This document shows, piece after piece, positions 40,521-50,577 of a DNA stretch of 64,000 bases. The stretch is from a virus. Each line of letters opens with the position of its first letter. The stretch's first letter is position 1. The position numbers were made by a program, and so were the translations under genes. A model generated the notes under the pieces. That model was not told the DNA's origin and made no database searches. It saw nothing but the letters and a program-made list of their open reading frames with translations. The stretch lies in IMG/VR virus record IMGVR_UViG_3300012920_000023, positions 49,464 through 113,463 of that record; one strand, written 5' to 3'.

Positions 40521-40877
40521 ATGAGAGAACATCTCTATCACTATAAAGCCCGGGTGGTTTCCGTTTATGATGGAGACACAGTCACGGTCTTGATTGACTT
40601 AGGTCTAAACATATTTGCTAAACGTAAGGTGCGACTCATCGGGATAAACACCCCGGAGATACGCACCCGGGATGCCGATGAAAAGAAGCGTGGCTTAGAA
40701 GCAAGAGACTATCTTAGGGAACGAGTTCTTGAGAAAGAAATCATCATACACACAGTGGGCAAGGGGAAGTATGGGAGATGGCTTGGAGAGATATGGACAC
40801 TTGACGATTATGGCGATACAATACTTGAAAGTGTAAACGACGAACTTATTCGCACCGGGCATGCTCAAAAGTATTAA
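40521..40877 (+). CDS. Thermonuclease (SNase family)
   Basis: VYDGDT, VRLIGINTPE, GKYGRWL. Confidence 0.92.
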   Translation: MREHLYHYKARVVSVYDGDTVTVLIDLGLNIFAKRKVRLIGINTPEIRTRDADEKKRGLEARDYLRERVLEKEIIIHTVGKGKYGRWLGEIWTLDDYGDTILESVNDELIRTGHAQKY

Positions 40878-40889
40878 AAGGATCAAGCG

Positions 40890-41597
40890 ATGTATCTAAA
40901 TGAAGCGATAACGATATTAGATGGGTTAATGTATGAGTCAGACCTAGATCGGTTAAAGGCTTTACGCCGGATAAAGCGTGTCAGCAAAGCACCAACTGAT
41001 AGGCTTATTGCTCTCTTGAAGAAAAAGGCGGAGAGAGATAGTGCACGCAAACCCAAGTTTATTGGTCAAATCGGCTATTTGAAGTTAGCGTGGTCTTTTG
41101 ATGGGAAGAAAGACACTTATATTCACTACACCACAAGAGAAAACGCTAAAAAGATACTCAAAACCAATATGCTTGACAGCAAGAACAGCGATAACCCTAT
41201 GTTTCGTGAGTCGAATTTTGCCATATCTATGACTTTTGGGGGCAACCATCCGGGTGTTCAACGTGGCACTGTCTGCGGTCTTAGGAATGCAAGAGAGTGC
41301 GACATTGTGGCTATCGTGTTCAAAAGCGATGTGCAACCGAAAGTTGGTTATCAAGATGAAGTTATATTCCGTGGCCGGACTAGGATAAAAAGCCCGGTGA
41401 TGTATGACATAACAAGCCCAAAGTTTAAGTCAATCATATCTAAACTAAATGGCATGCCGGGAGTTACTCAAGACCATGTGGACTCAATGGTGTTCTATAC
41501 GGCGAAAGACATTGAGTCTGCTAAAAAGGAAGCGGAGAACTTTGTCCAAGATCCGGATGATGCTGATATGGATTGGCAGGGCTTCGATAATCAATGA
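40890..41597 (+). CDS. Hypothetical protein (possible internal virion protein)
   Basis: Begins MYLNEAI; basic. Confidence 0.6.
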   Translation: MYLNEAITILDGLMYESDLDRLKALRRIKRVSKAPTDRLIALLKKKAERDSARKPKFIGQIGYLKLAWSFDGKKDTYIHYTTRENAKKILKTNMLDSKNSDNPMFRESNFAISMTFGGNHPGVQRGTVCGLRNARECDIVAIVFKSDVQPKVGYQDEVIFRGRTRIKSPVMYDITSPKFKSIISKLNGMPGVTQDHVDSMVFYTAKDIESAKKEAENFVQDPDDADMDWQGFDNQ

Positions 41598-41712
41598 TTT
41601 GGTACTTTTGGCATCTTTAATCTTATGGTGTTATAGTGCCCCCGTGATTTCTGATAAAATAACTGTATTCGGCATCCCCGGAGCATCAACTTAAGAGTAT
41701 TGGAGTATAACT

Positions 41713-42102
41713 ATGTTGTTACAAGAAGCGATTTTAATTGTGCAGAGTCTGAGTGAAGCACGTCGATTCAGAAAAGGCGATCCGATTAATAACGAACTAA
41801 AGGACGCCCTTAAGTCTCTGCGTAAGCACTCAGAGGTAATATATGACCTAAACCGGGCACGACAGAGTGGCCGTTTAGACAACTATAAACTCAGTGCCAA
41901 AGAGAAGTTAAGGCTAATGTCTATTGCGGATGCAGTTGAGACTATGGGTAAAAATGGTATTAGTTCCGCTAGAATGATAAGGTCTACTGCATTAAAGGGA
42001 ATGAAGAGTGGCAAGATCTCAAGTGCTTCCGTATTACTCATCTCTAATCTCTTGAACCGCCTAGATATGGGAGATTTCGGAGACGAGTTCTCTAGCCTAT
42101 AA
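41713..42102 (+). CDS. Hypothetical protein (possible internal virion protein)
   Basis: Begins MLLQEAI...LSEA; basic. Confidence 0.6.
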   Translation: MLLQEAILIVQSLSEARRFRKGDPINNELKDALKSLRKHSEVIYDLNRARQSGRLDNYKLSAKEKLRLMSIADAVETMGKNGISSARMIRSTALKGMKSGKISSASVLLISNLLNRLDMGDFGDEFSSL

Positions 42103-42116
42103 GCACTCGAGTGCAG

Positions 42117-43022
42117 TTAAGATTTCTTTGATCTCGACTTTCGTGGAAAGCAGTAGTCTCTAACTTTGCAATCTTTCGCCCGGTAGGATGACTTTTTAGG
42201 GCATGAGTCGATCCGGTCATAAAGAGGTACTTCTAAGCCGAGATCAGAAGCGGTGGCACAGTCCTTAAGCATACCTTGAATAAGTTTGATTTGAGCGTCA
42301 TCTCGCTCAACGATATGCTCACAGATCCCCTCCGGGAATAGCATATTCAAGTCTTTATTAATGTAAACAATCCGGGCTCTCTCTAGCCCGGTGAGCCACA
42401 TATAAGCCTGTACTTGAATGACATGCTCTCCTTTCGGTCTACCGCCGAGAGCAGGATCAACATTATCATACCCACGGCTTGAGATCGTTTTCAGTTCAAG
42501 GGCTTCAATGTCATCTTCACCCCATACTAGGACTCCGTCCATGTGGCCGGTGAGCCTATACTCTTGATTTACAAACTCTAACTCTTCATAGACCCAATCG
42601 TCGCCGTCCGGCTTAGGTATCCACTTATGGCTTAATGAATACTCACTCAGTTTAGATCCTTTAGCCAATGTCGAAGCCGAGTGTGATCTTGATGATGTTC
42701 CTCTCTTCCACCACCCTTGAAAAACATCGCCAAGTGTAGGCAGGTAATCCTCTTGAAATTGAGTGTGGATTGCAGTGCCCGACCCAAATATCCATCTAAG
42801 TTTTGAGTCAACTTCAATAGCGAGGTTAACATTATGTTCTTTTCCGAGTTGGAGGGATCTTGGGCATAGCCTATACAGACCGCTTGATCTAAACCACATA
42901 TTCTCATGGGGAGTTTGATCTCTTCTCACCTCCGGCATTGATTCCCAAAGAGCCTCTTGCAAACGCCGGCTTTGAGGTACTGCCTTGGGTTTCATTACAT
43001 CATTGAGGATACTGCCTAACAT
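42117..43022 (-). CDS. Cas4-like PD-(D/E)xK exonuclease
   Basis: CPR, GTAIH, GHMDG, ELKT, QVQAY and C-terminal Cys cluster. Confidence 0.8.
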   Translation of the reverse strand: MLGSILNDVMKPKAVPQSRRLQEALWESMPEVRRDQTPHENMWFRSSGLYRLCPRSLQLGKEHNVNLAIEVDSKLRWIFGSGTAIHTQFQEDYLPTLGDVFQGWWKRGTSSRSHSASTLAKGSKLSEYSLSHKWIPKPDGDDWVYEELEFVNQEYRLTGHMDGVLVWGEDDIEALELKTISSRGYDNVDPALGGRPKGEHVIQVQAYMWLTGLERARIVYINKDLNMLFPEGICEHIVERDDAQIKLIQGMLKDCATASDLGLEVPLYDRIDSCPKKSSYRAKDCKVRDYCFPRKSRSKKS

Positions 43023-43025
43023 GGG

Positions 43026-43370
43026 TTATCCTTGTGGTGTGAGTGAGTAGTCGATTGAGATTCTTGTGATCTTGAAGTCCCCATTTTTAAACGACTGCCA
43101 AAAACCCTCACCGTAAAGGTTTACGAGGTTTGCTTTGACCCCATTCAGTGACTTAAAACCATGACCCTCAAGGAGTTTAGGATTGCTTTCAAAGTCCGAT
43201 AAGGTGATTGGTCTGACAGACTTAATAACGGCCTTAGCGATTACTCGGGTTTTAGATCCCTCATGGCATGAAAGTTCATGCGTACTCATGATGTCCGGGG
43301 CTTTCATACGAAGTAAATGAGAAAGCCTTGAATCTAGGATTCGTCCGGCTTCAATGTTAGTAATGATCAT
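43026..43370 (-). CDS. ASCH/PUA-like protein
   Basis: AKAVIKSV..TLSD....HGFKS..L..LY pattern; degenerate N-terminal motif. Confidence 0.5.
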   Translation of the reverse strand: MIITNIEAGRILDSRLSHLLRMKAPDIMSTHELSCHEGSKTRVIAKAVIKSVRPITLSDFESNPKLLEGHGFKSLNGVKANLVNLYGEGFWQSFKNGDFKITRISIDYSLTPQG

Positions 43371-43547
43371 ATCTTTTCTCCTTGATATGAGGTTGATAAT
43401 AAACTCAAGTTAAGTGCATACATACTGAAAGTCAAATAAAAAAGAAAAAAATAAGTTGCAACTTAAAGCACCTTAAGTCCGGTTGATTGAAGTTCAAGGT
43501 GTCTATATGCTATTGTAACGACACACACTTAAGGCAAGGATATTATT

Positions 43548-44333
43548 ATGGCACAATCGTTACCGGTGGCAATAGACCCACAACTAATAGGCTCGGGAGC
43601 GGTTGCAGGAATATATTCAACCTATGCTCTAGCAAAACGTCCTAATCTACCAACCATGTCGATCATGGGAGTTTCGACTGAGGATGGAACGATTGTTCTA
43701 CCGGAGACTGCGTTTCAGTATTGGCCGGAGACGATTCAAGACACTATGGAGATAGGTTGGGAGTTTACTGCTCTCCCGGCAACATCTCATCCGTTGGCTC
43801 ATTGGACACAAAACGGTGGTCGCACTATTAGTTTTGAAGTCACGTTCGCCCGAGATATGCAGTATGACCCTAAAGCGTCGTTTTTAGCACCTCTTATCAA
43901 GGCCGATCCGGACACTGAGGGAGTCAAAGAATACAATGGCAACCCGGACTATATGATAAAATACCTGCGTGCGTTCGCACACCCGGAGACAATGCTTGAT
44001 GGTACGGTTTTGTCTCCACCTATCTGTTACGTTCATCTACAGGGATCTAGTATAGGTGCTGACGGATCAGATGCCTTTGCCGGAGTAATGATAAGTTGTG
44101 ATGTGACTTACAAACGTTTTGGGGTTGATGGAGACGGCAAACAGGGATATACACGACTTGCCTCTGTGTCTCTATCGTTCAAAGAGGTCATCCAAAACCC
44201 AACAACTCCGGGCGAGTATAAATACCACAGTATGGACACGCTCTTTGCAGATGGAGCAATGGCCGTTGCTAGAAATGTAGAAGCAAATACTTCTCTTAGA
44301 CAACCAATGAAACCGCCTTTTCCCACTCCCTAG
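43548..44333 (+). CDS. Tail tube initiator-like protein (CIS_tube type)
   Basis: FQYWPETI, SHPL..W..NGGRTISFEVTF, PPIC, ASVSLSFKE. Confidence 0.7.
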   Translation: MAQSLPVAIDPQLIGSGAVAGIYSTYALAKRPNLPTMSIMGVSTEDGTIVLPETAFQYWPETIQDTMEIGWEFTALPATSHPLAHWTQNGGRTISFEVTFARDMQYDPKASFLAPLIKADPDTEGVKEYNGNPDYMIKYLRAFAHPETMLDGTVLSPPICYVHLQGSSIGADGSDAFAGVMISCDVTYKRFGVDGDGKQGYTRLASVSLSFKEVIQNPTTPGEYKYHSMDTLFADGAMAVARNVEANTSLRQPMKPPFPTP

Positions 44334-44758
44334 AATGGTGGGCTAACGCATAAACTCCAAAGTAATGCGACCTCTTTAGTTTCGGCAGGATGGGTTAGTT
44401 GACCTTTTATCGGGCTATCGGGTTCACTTGTTTCCGTGTAGATGATTCGCCAACCCTCTTCATTCCATACCGGGCACTTATAATAATCGAACTTAAAATT
44501 CTGTCCCCACACTTCGGTCATAATCATTCTCAAGGTTGGATCATGATTAAGGTCGGGGAGAAATGTTGGTGAGTCGATATGTTCAAGACTATTTAAATAG
44601 TTGACCGGCACATTTGTATCAGTGCCTTTGCCGGGGGCGACTGCCTTATACAGACCCGGAAACTTAACATCAACAGTGATGAGATTCATGCCCTCTTGAT
44701 ACTTAACAAACCGGTGATAGACAGCGTCTGCTAAAGTCCTTTTCTCTGCGTCACGCAT
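44330..44758 (-). CDS. Hypothetical protein
   Basis: Operon ORF. Confidence 0.55.
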   Translation of the reverse strand: MRDAEKRTLADAVYHRFVKYQEGMNLITVDVKFPGLYKAVAPGKGTDTNVPVNYLNSLEHIDSPTFLPDLNHDPTLRMIMTEVWGQNFKFDYYKCPVWNEEGWRIIYTETSEPDSPIKGQLTHPAETKEVALLWSLCVSPPF

Positions 44759-44770
44759 GATCTGCCTCTC

Positions 44771-45394
44771 TTACCAATCAAGATCAGTATCTTCGACTTC
44801 ACGATACTCATCTTCCCGACTAGGCTTTATGGTAGGTTGTACCACCTGCTGTGCACCGAAAAACCGATCTTGGCATGACCATAGAAAATTGATAGTAGGC
44901 AGACCGCTTAACCGGCCTCGACTGCTCGTAACCATGCCCGGCCATTCCTCCACAAAGTTTTTGATCACGATCTCGACCATCTCTCGGGTGTAGTTTTGGC
45001 ATAGTTTTTTAGCGAGAGTGTTCTCCTTTACTCCCCATCGCTTAGTTATGACCTCTTGGCCATACACCACATTAATCTGTGCTTTGAAATACTTTTCAAG
45101 CCCGGCAGAGATCGACTTCGTTTTCGCAGGCTTTTTTTTAGCAGGCTTGGGTTCTACCGGTGGCTCCATTGCTAACGGTGGGTAGGTTGCCGGTCTGCTT
45201 TTTCTGTTGTACTGTTCAGAGAGGCTCTGAAATACGGTTCTCCGGCGTTGCGGTTGCTCATAAAACTCAGAGAGATTTTGATCTAGTTCTTGATCTGCAA
45301 ATGCATCGTAAATGTCTTTTACTTTTTTAGGCTCAAACGAAACGCTCTCTCTGCGTTTTAAGTTTTTAAGCCTTTTCAACTTATTGATACTCAA
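44771..45394 (-). CDS. Hypothetical protein, possibly replication-initiator-like
   Basis: Basic N-terminus, helical C-terminal domain, near loader/helicase. Confidence 0.45.
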   Translation of the reverse strand: MSINKLKRLKNLKRRESVSFEPKKVKDIYDAFADQELDQNLSEFYEQPQRRRTVFQSLSEQYNRKSRPATYPPLAMEPPVEPKPAKKKPAKTKSISAGLEKYFKAQINVVYGQEVITKRWGVKENTLAKKLCQNYTREMVEIVIKNFVEEWPGMVTSSRGRLSGLPTINFLWSCQDRFFGAQQVVQPTIKPSREDEYREVEDTDLDW

Positions 45395-45410
45395 CTTTTT
45401 CCTCCTATCT

Positions 45411-45707
45411 TTAGTCTACAGAGGTATCGAGTTCTATTTGGTGGGGTTCGTAAGTCGAAATCAAGTTTTTTATTTGAACAACATAGACGCAATAGTCTTT
45501 TGTGTTATCATATTGAGCACTTATGCGAGACAAAAGAAGTTTCGCTTCTGACGTACTCAAGCCTCCTAGAACCATCTCAAGGCTTCGTCTCTCTAAGATG
45601 ATTCCTCGTTCGTCTCTTTCTGTGCGAACAGAGTCCCCGACCCGGAGTCGCCATATTTTGTTATTGAGTAAGTCTTTAAAATGCGTTCTCTTAAACTCTT
45701 TAAACAT
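45411..45707 (-). CDS. Hypothetical protein
   Basis: Operon ORF. Confidence 0.45.
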   Translation of the reverse strand: MFKEFKRTHFKDLLNNKIWRLRVGDSVRTERDERGIILERRSLEMVLGGLSTSEAKLLLSRISAQYDNTKDYCVYVVQIKNLISTYEPHQIELDTSVD

Positions 45708-46006
45708 TTAAGGTACTCCGGAGCACAGTTCCACTTAAAATCGATGCCATCAAGTAACCAAAAAGGACTGCGAATCCTCGTGTCATCTATTTTCCAACCA
45801 TCTGCCAAGAGAATGAGATATAAAAAGCATCTTTGTGCACCATCAAACTTGTTGGCGATGCCTTTAAGTTGGTTGATGCGTTCTCTCGGGTTGATGTTCG
45901 GGCGTCTAGGCAAGGAGATCGACATGATCTCGCCATCAATGATAATCTCATGTCGGTTATTCTTCAACCTATTAACTTGGCTCAGTCGCTTCAACCGGCT
46001 ATCCAT
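45593..46006 (-). CDS. Hypothetical protein
   Basis: AGGAG RBS. Confidence 0.5.
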   Translation of the reverse strand: MDSRLKRLSQVNRLKNNRHEIIIDGEIMSISLPRRPNINPRERINQLKGIANKFDGAQRCFLYLILLADGWKIDDTRIRSPFWLLDGIDFKWNCAPEYLKCLKSLRERILKTYSITKYGDSGSGTLFAQKETNEESS

Positions 46007-46017
46007 TCACGCTACTC

Positions 46018-46296
46018 CTATCTGTTGCGTTCAGTGATGTAATCCATCTCAACTTTGAGTCCCTCTCGACCACCGTGTGCTGTTAAGATACTTCTTATCG
46101 CAGAGACTACATGCCCACTCTTACCGATGACTTGACCCACATCCTTTTTGTCTGTGTGGAGTTCTACTATTAATCTGAACTGCGAGGGGACTATATTCAC
46201 CTCAACAGTCTCCGGACTATCGACTATCCCTTTTATGATAGTAGTGACTAGATTCTTAAGGTTGTCTATATGTTCTCGGGTAATTTGTTTGCTCAT
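46018..46296 (-). CDS. khpA: KhpA-like KH-domain RNA-binding protein
   Basis: IVDSPETVEV...DVGQVIGKSGHVVSAIRSIL (GxxG loop). Confidence 0.85.
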   Translation of the reverse strand: MSKQITREHIDNLKNLVTTIIKGIVDSPETVEVNIVPSQFRLIVELHTDKKDVGQVIGKSGHVVSAIRSILTAHGGREGLKVEMDYITERNR

Positions 46297-46299
46297 CTT

Positions 46300-47019
46300 C
46301 TACCACCTTATCATTGGAAAATTGTCGCTCATGTACTCGTCAAACTCTTGACTATTAAGTGCTAAAGTCTCGACTTGATCTATACTGTGTTGAGGTTCAT
46401 AATACAGGTCTCTTACGATATCTGCACCATATTTTAAAAAGGCTCCCGGAGTAATCGAGTAATAGTCGTTAAAAGATTGTTCCTTAGAGACATACTTCCA
46501 TCCACAGTCATTGGATATGGATTCAATAGGAATAAGCCCGGTTACATAAGCCTTTTGAGAGAACGGTCTAGTCACGCAGAGGATGATGTGATTGCAACCA
46601 AAAGACTTAAGTTTGACATTTTTTTGAGCATTTACTTTGATCGTGTCTCTCTGATGAGGACGCATGATCGAGTATGATTTAGAGTCCACCCACTGCTGTT
46701 CACCCTCGTTTAGAAGCAGGAAGTCGGCTTCTCCATCCGGGCGACTCCTAATGTCTGTGTGCAGGAGATTAGACTGTGCATGGGTTACTGCAACCCCGGT
46801 TGCGTTATTCTTCATAAGGTGCAACATGATCAGAACTTCACTGAACACACCAACAAGATCACACCTCATGTCTCTTATTCGTCCCCTTGATTTTCTTGGG
46901 TCAACCTTACCCCGGTTATAACGCTGACGGTTTAGCATTATCCTTAATGATATGGCCCAAGCGATGATCGGCACATCGCAGAACCCGGCAATACTCTCAA
47001 GTATATCAGTGTCACCCAT
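46300..47019 (-). CDS. Putative PD-(D/E)xK endonuclease-fold protein
   Basis: GVFSE...DGEADF...WVDSKS pattern. Confidence 0.45.
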   Translation of the reverse strand: MGDTDILESIAGFCDVPIIAWAISLRIMLNRQRYNRGKVDPRKSRGRIRDMRCDLVGVFSEVLIMLHLMKNNATGVAVTHAQSNLLHTDIRSRPDGEADFLLLNEGEQQWVDSKSYSIMRPHQRDTIKVNAQKNVKLKSFGCNHIILCVTRPFSQKAYVTGLIPIESISNDCGWKYVSKEQSFNDYYSITPGAFLKYGADIVRDLYYEPQHSIDQVETLALNSQEFDEYMSDNFPMIRW

Positions 47020-47123
47020 AGATCAAACTCCGTCGCTTTTAAACGCAGAGCATTATAACGGGTTTCGATTATAATTTGTCTGACTCTATATGAATGTCAA
47101 GTGGAAAACTCTAAACTCTCAAT

Positions 47124-47435
47124 CTAATCCCAAGAGAGCCTTATTTGAGTAGGTACACGATTGACATCATTTGCGAGGATATTGAGTTCGATTAACATGA
47201 CTCTATCTGTGTAATCACGCAGGGTCTTGCCTCCCATCGTGTACCCGGGAGCGTTTTTCAAATGATGAATGAGCACGTCTGTGCCCTTTATAATGCTCGC
47301 TTCTTTTAAGGGTATCTTGTTTGAGGTAAGGCGTGTGTGAACATAGTTTGCACCGGTGGTGAAGACCTCTATGTACTGTATTCCTGTAGGTGTGCACACG
47401 AGTGCGTTCTTAATCATTTTATCTACATTTTTCAT
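47124..47435 (-). CDS. Hypothetical protein
   Basis: 103 aa ORF divergent from replication operon. Confidence 0.5.
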   Translation of the reverse strand: MKNVDKMIKNALVCTPTGIQYIEVFTTGANYVHTRLTSNKIPLKEASIIKGTDVLIHHLKNAPGYTMGGKTLRDYTDRVMLIELNILANDVNRVPTQIRLSWD

Positions 47436-47501
47436 TTGACTTTCCTAAGTCGCAGAGTTAGTCATTCATACGATACCTTTAAATGATGAAAGGATAAGTG
47501 G

Positions 47502-48131
47502 ATGAGAGAGTTAAACAGTGCCGACCTTGAAGCAATGAGACTGCCTAGGCGGTTTTGGTCGGCTTTTTTTGATAAGATCAATGGCCCGAATGGAGATGGT
47601 TCTGAGGTAAGAACGATGATCGCCGGGTACGTTTCAAATATTCATGCTATGCGAAATGCAGGAGCAGGTCTACTAATTTGGGGGCCGAACGGAACAGGTA
47701 AAACCTCTATCGGTTCGGTAATCCTAAAGCACGCAAGAAGAATGGGCTTCACCTGTTTGTTTATTAATACGGCGAGCCTAAAAGATGTCATTGTGAGTCG
47801 TGAGGTCTATGACCAAGAGAGCGGTCTGACTCTTTGGAATAGAGCCAAGATTGTCGACTTTCTTTTGCTAGATGATCTTGGGAAAGGTTCTCAAGATTCT
47901 ACCGGGTTTGGTGAGCGAATGATCGATGAGTTAATCCGGGCAAGATATGCGGACAATAGATGTACTATAATCACGACTAATATCCCAAAATCGAACCTAA
48001 CAGACTTCATCAAACCGTCAACGCTTCATATCCTCAAGGGATCAAGTGCTCAAATCAAAGTTGATTTTTATGATTTCAGAGTTGAAGAGGGTAAGAGGAT
48101 AAGAGACTTGATAAATGGGGGTAAGCAATGA
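47502..48131 (+). CDS. DnaC/IstB-like AAA+ helicase loader
   Basis: GPNGTGKT, LLLDDLG, RARY..TIITTN; adjacent to DnaB. Confidence 0.88.
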   Translation: MRELNSADLEAMRLPRRFWSAFFDKINGPNGDGSEVRTMIAGYVSNIHAMRNAGAGLLIWGPNGTGKTSIGSVILKHARRMGFTCLFINTASLKDVIVSREVYDQESGLTLWNRAKIVDFLLLDDLGKGSQDSTGFGERMIDELIRARYADNRCTIITTNIPKSNLTDFIKPSTLHILKGSSAQIKVDFYDFRVEEGKRIRDLINGGKQ

Positions 48132-49423
48132 TTGATTCCGGTTTTATTTTTACGCTCTTAAACAGTGAAGATAACACTCAACAGGCTATCCAAACAGGCT
48201 TCGGCAACGAGGACTTCCAAGAGGGCTACCATAGAGCGTTTTCTTTGATCAAAGATCACTTTGAAAGCAGTAAAGGACGTTTACCCACTCTTGATGCAGT
48301 ATCAAGTGCTACAGGTCTTGATATAGAGGATTCGGGTTATGACTTTCAGTTCCTGTTCTCTGAGATGCAGAAGCGAAAACTTTTTCGTAAGGTTCAGAGT
48401 TTGATCGGTAAGGCCGGAGATCAACTTAGGGCGAATGATCCTAGCAAGGCTCTTGAGTTGATAAAAGACCTCGCTAAGAATGAGTTTGGCTCGACCGGTT
48501 CTGTTCAACCTAAGACTGCTCATGATGTAAAGCAACAGGTACTTGATAACCTTAACCGTGTTAGGAACGGCTTTGCCGGCGTCGCTCTGCCTTGGGAAAG
48601 CATTACGAACTTAACGATGGGTATGTGGCCGGAGACCGCCACTTATATAGTTGCAAGACCCGGTGTAGGTAAGACGCAGGTTTCGGTACTAACTGCCCAT
48701 AAGGCTATCAAAGAGGGTAAGAAAGTCCTGTTCATTTCACCGGAGATGTCAAAGGCAGAACTCGCAGAGAGATTCTTCGTTCTTGAGTCCGATGTGAGTG
48801 CTACTAACATGATCCACGGAACGCTATCATCTTTTGAAGAAGAGAAGTTGATGAAATCAATGAATGACCCATCATGCTTGGAGGGTATATTCATGATTGA
48901 TAACGACGATGATTTGACTGCCGGTGGTATGGACTCTGCGATAAGGCTTATAGAGCCGGACTTAGTCATTGTTGACTCTATTTATATGCTCCACTTCAAG
49001 GGCAATAAGAGCGAGAGAACCGAGCGTGCCGTGGACTACATAAGGCAGGCTAGTAAAGTTCATAAAGTGCCTTTTTTGGCGGTGCATCAACTTAACCGGA
49101 TGGCTACTAAAGACGCTAAACATGGCGGTGGTTTTGATACCTCATCGATAGCGTTGAGTGATCAGTTACTTTGGGATGCACATGCAGTATTTCTGCTTGA
49201 GCAGGACGCCGATATGAAAGCAGATAAGAGGTTAAGGATTCATGTAGGTAAGTTAAGGCGTGGAGCCCATCCCGGCAAACCTTTTAATGTAAACTTTGAT
49301 CTCGACAGAATGGACTTTAGTGAGATCGAAGACCTTGATGAATGTTTTGTAGATACCGAAGCGAGTTCAGAGCCTTGGGCAAACTACCATGTAAACCCGT
49401 TCAACGAGGGGGATGTTGAGTAA
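48128..49423 (+). CDS. dnaB: DnaB-like replicative helicase
   Basis: ARPGVGKT, FISPEM, VIVDSIY, HQLNR, DA..KLR. Confidence 0.9.
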   Translation: MIDSGFIFTLLNSEDNTQQAIQTGFGNEDFQEGYHRAFSLIKDHFESSKGRLPTLDAVSSATGLDIEDSGYDFQFLFSEMQKRKLFRKVQSLIGKAGDQLRANDPSKALELIKDLAKNEFGSTGSVQPKTAHDVKQQVLDNLNRVRNGFAGVALPWESITNLTMGMWPETATYIVARPGVGKTQVSVLTAHKAIKEGKKVLFISPEMSKAELAERFFVLESDVSATNMIHGTLSSFEEEKLMKSMNDPSCLEGIFMIDNDDDLTAGGMDSAIRLIEPDLVIVDSIYMLHFKGNKSERTERAVDYIRQASKVHKVPFLAVHQLNRMATKDAKHGGGFDTSSIALSDQLLWDAHAVFLLEQDADMKADKRLRIHVGKLRRGAHPGKPFNVNFDLDRMDFSEIEDLDECFVDTEASSEPWANYHVNPFNEGDVE

Positions 49424-50568
49424 TGCTTACCTCAAGGGAGGTTGCTCTGATCATGTCAGAGATAACCAAGGTTCATTCGGTGGAGTTTGATAAGGTTGTA
49501 TGTCACTGTCCTATGGCCCAATGGGAACACGCCGGTGGTTATGACAATTCGCCCTCATTTGCGGTCATGAGGGGGCGAACAGGTTGGTGGGTAAACTGCC
49601 TAGCCTGTAAGTATAGAAATACGCTTGAGGGTATGATTTGGGACATCATGGGACGCACTAAAAAGCCTTTGACCAAAATCATGGCCCTGCTCTACCACAA
49701 GGATGAATCTACAATAGAGACCCCGGTAAAAGAGATTGCCTACAATCCTATGGGTGCATACTCATCTAAAAATAAACCTGTCTTTAAACGAAGAGAGTAC
49801 GCCGAGTCGGTGGGTGTGCAGACTGATTTGTTCGGCAGAGAGATTCAACCGGTGATTGAAGAGGCGAGGCCATCAGCAATCGAGTTAGATCGATGGGAGT
49901 CGGTGAAACCGCCGATTGATTACTGTGATAGACGTGGCATTACCTATGAAGCCTACAAAGAGTGGCGTTTAGGTCATGACTTTCGGCGTCGGAGATTGGT
50001 CTTTCCTGTGTTCAGTAGAAGTGGCGAATATGTAGGGTACACCGGGCGACTATATGAAGACGGCGACTACTGCTTTTCCTGCGGTACTTATCTAATCGAA
50101 GATAAGATTCATGGCGTGACCGGGGAGTTGATACAGAAAAAAGCGGTGATATGCCCCGGTTGCGGTAGATCACACGCTAAATATAAACACTTCAAAGGCA
50201 AGTGGCGACGGCATGTTGTGTACGGGCTTCATCGTGATGTTAAAGGCCCAATAGTTGTGACTGAGGGAACAACGGATGCCATAAGGCTTTGGATGCTAGG
50301 TATATCAAGGCCGGTCTGTATTTTAGGGGCTAACCTCTCACCAAATCAGATCAACGAGTTGAAAGAAGCCATAGATCCGGACTTGGAGTATCCGATAATT
50401 TTCATGGGTGACGGTGATGATGCAGGCCGGGAAATGGCGGAAAGCGGTGTACAGGCCATGCAAAGAGTTGGAGTTCAATCTTTTTTACTTGACTGTCCGG
50501 CCAAAGATCCCGACAGTATGACCTTAGAGCAGGCGATTGATATATTTCCTGCATATTCATTTAGATAG
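49423..50568 (+). CDS. DNA primase (Zn finger and TOPRIM)
   Basis: CP..H..C..C, VTEGTTDA, DGDDAG, KDPD. Confidence 0.88.
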   Translation: MLTSREVALIMSEITKVHSVEFDKVVCHCPMAQWEHAGGYDNSPSFAVMRGRTGWWVNCLACKYRNTLEGMIWDIMGRTKKPLTKIMALLYHKDESTIETPVKEIAYNPMGAYSSKNKPVFKRREYAESVGVQTDLFGREIQPVIEEARPSAIELDRWESVKPPIDYCDRRGITYEAYKEWRLGHDFRRRRLVFPVFSRSGEYVGYTGRLYEDGDYCFSCGTYLIEDKIHGVTGELIQKKAVICPGCGRSHAKYKHFKGKWRRHVVYGLHRDVKGPIVVTEGTTDAIRLWMLGISRPVCILGANLSPNQINELKEAIDPDLEYPIIFMGDGDDAGREMAESGVQAMQRVGVQSFLLDCPAKDPDSMTLEQAIDIFPAYSFR

Positions 50569-50577
50569 GAGGGCAAC

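Noticed and set aside
47502-48131. IS21 element (IstB-like ATPase)
   Set aside because: No IstA transposase or terminal repeats; the gene is coupled to DnaB and primase, so it is a helicase loader.
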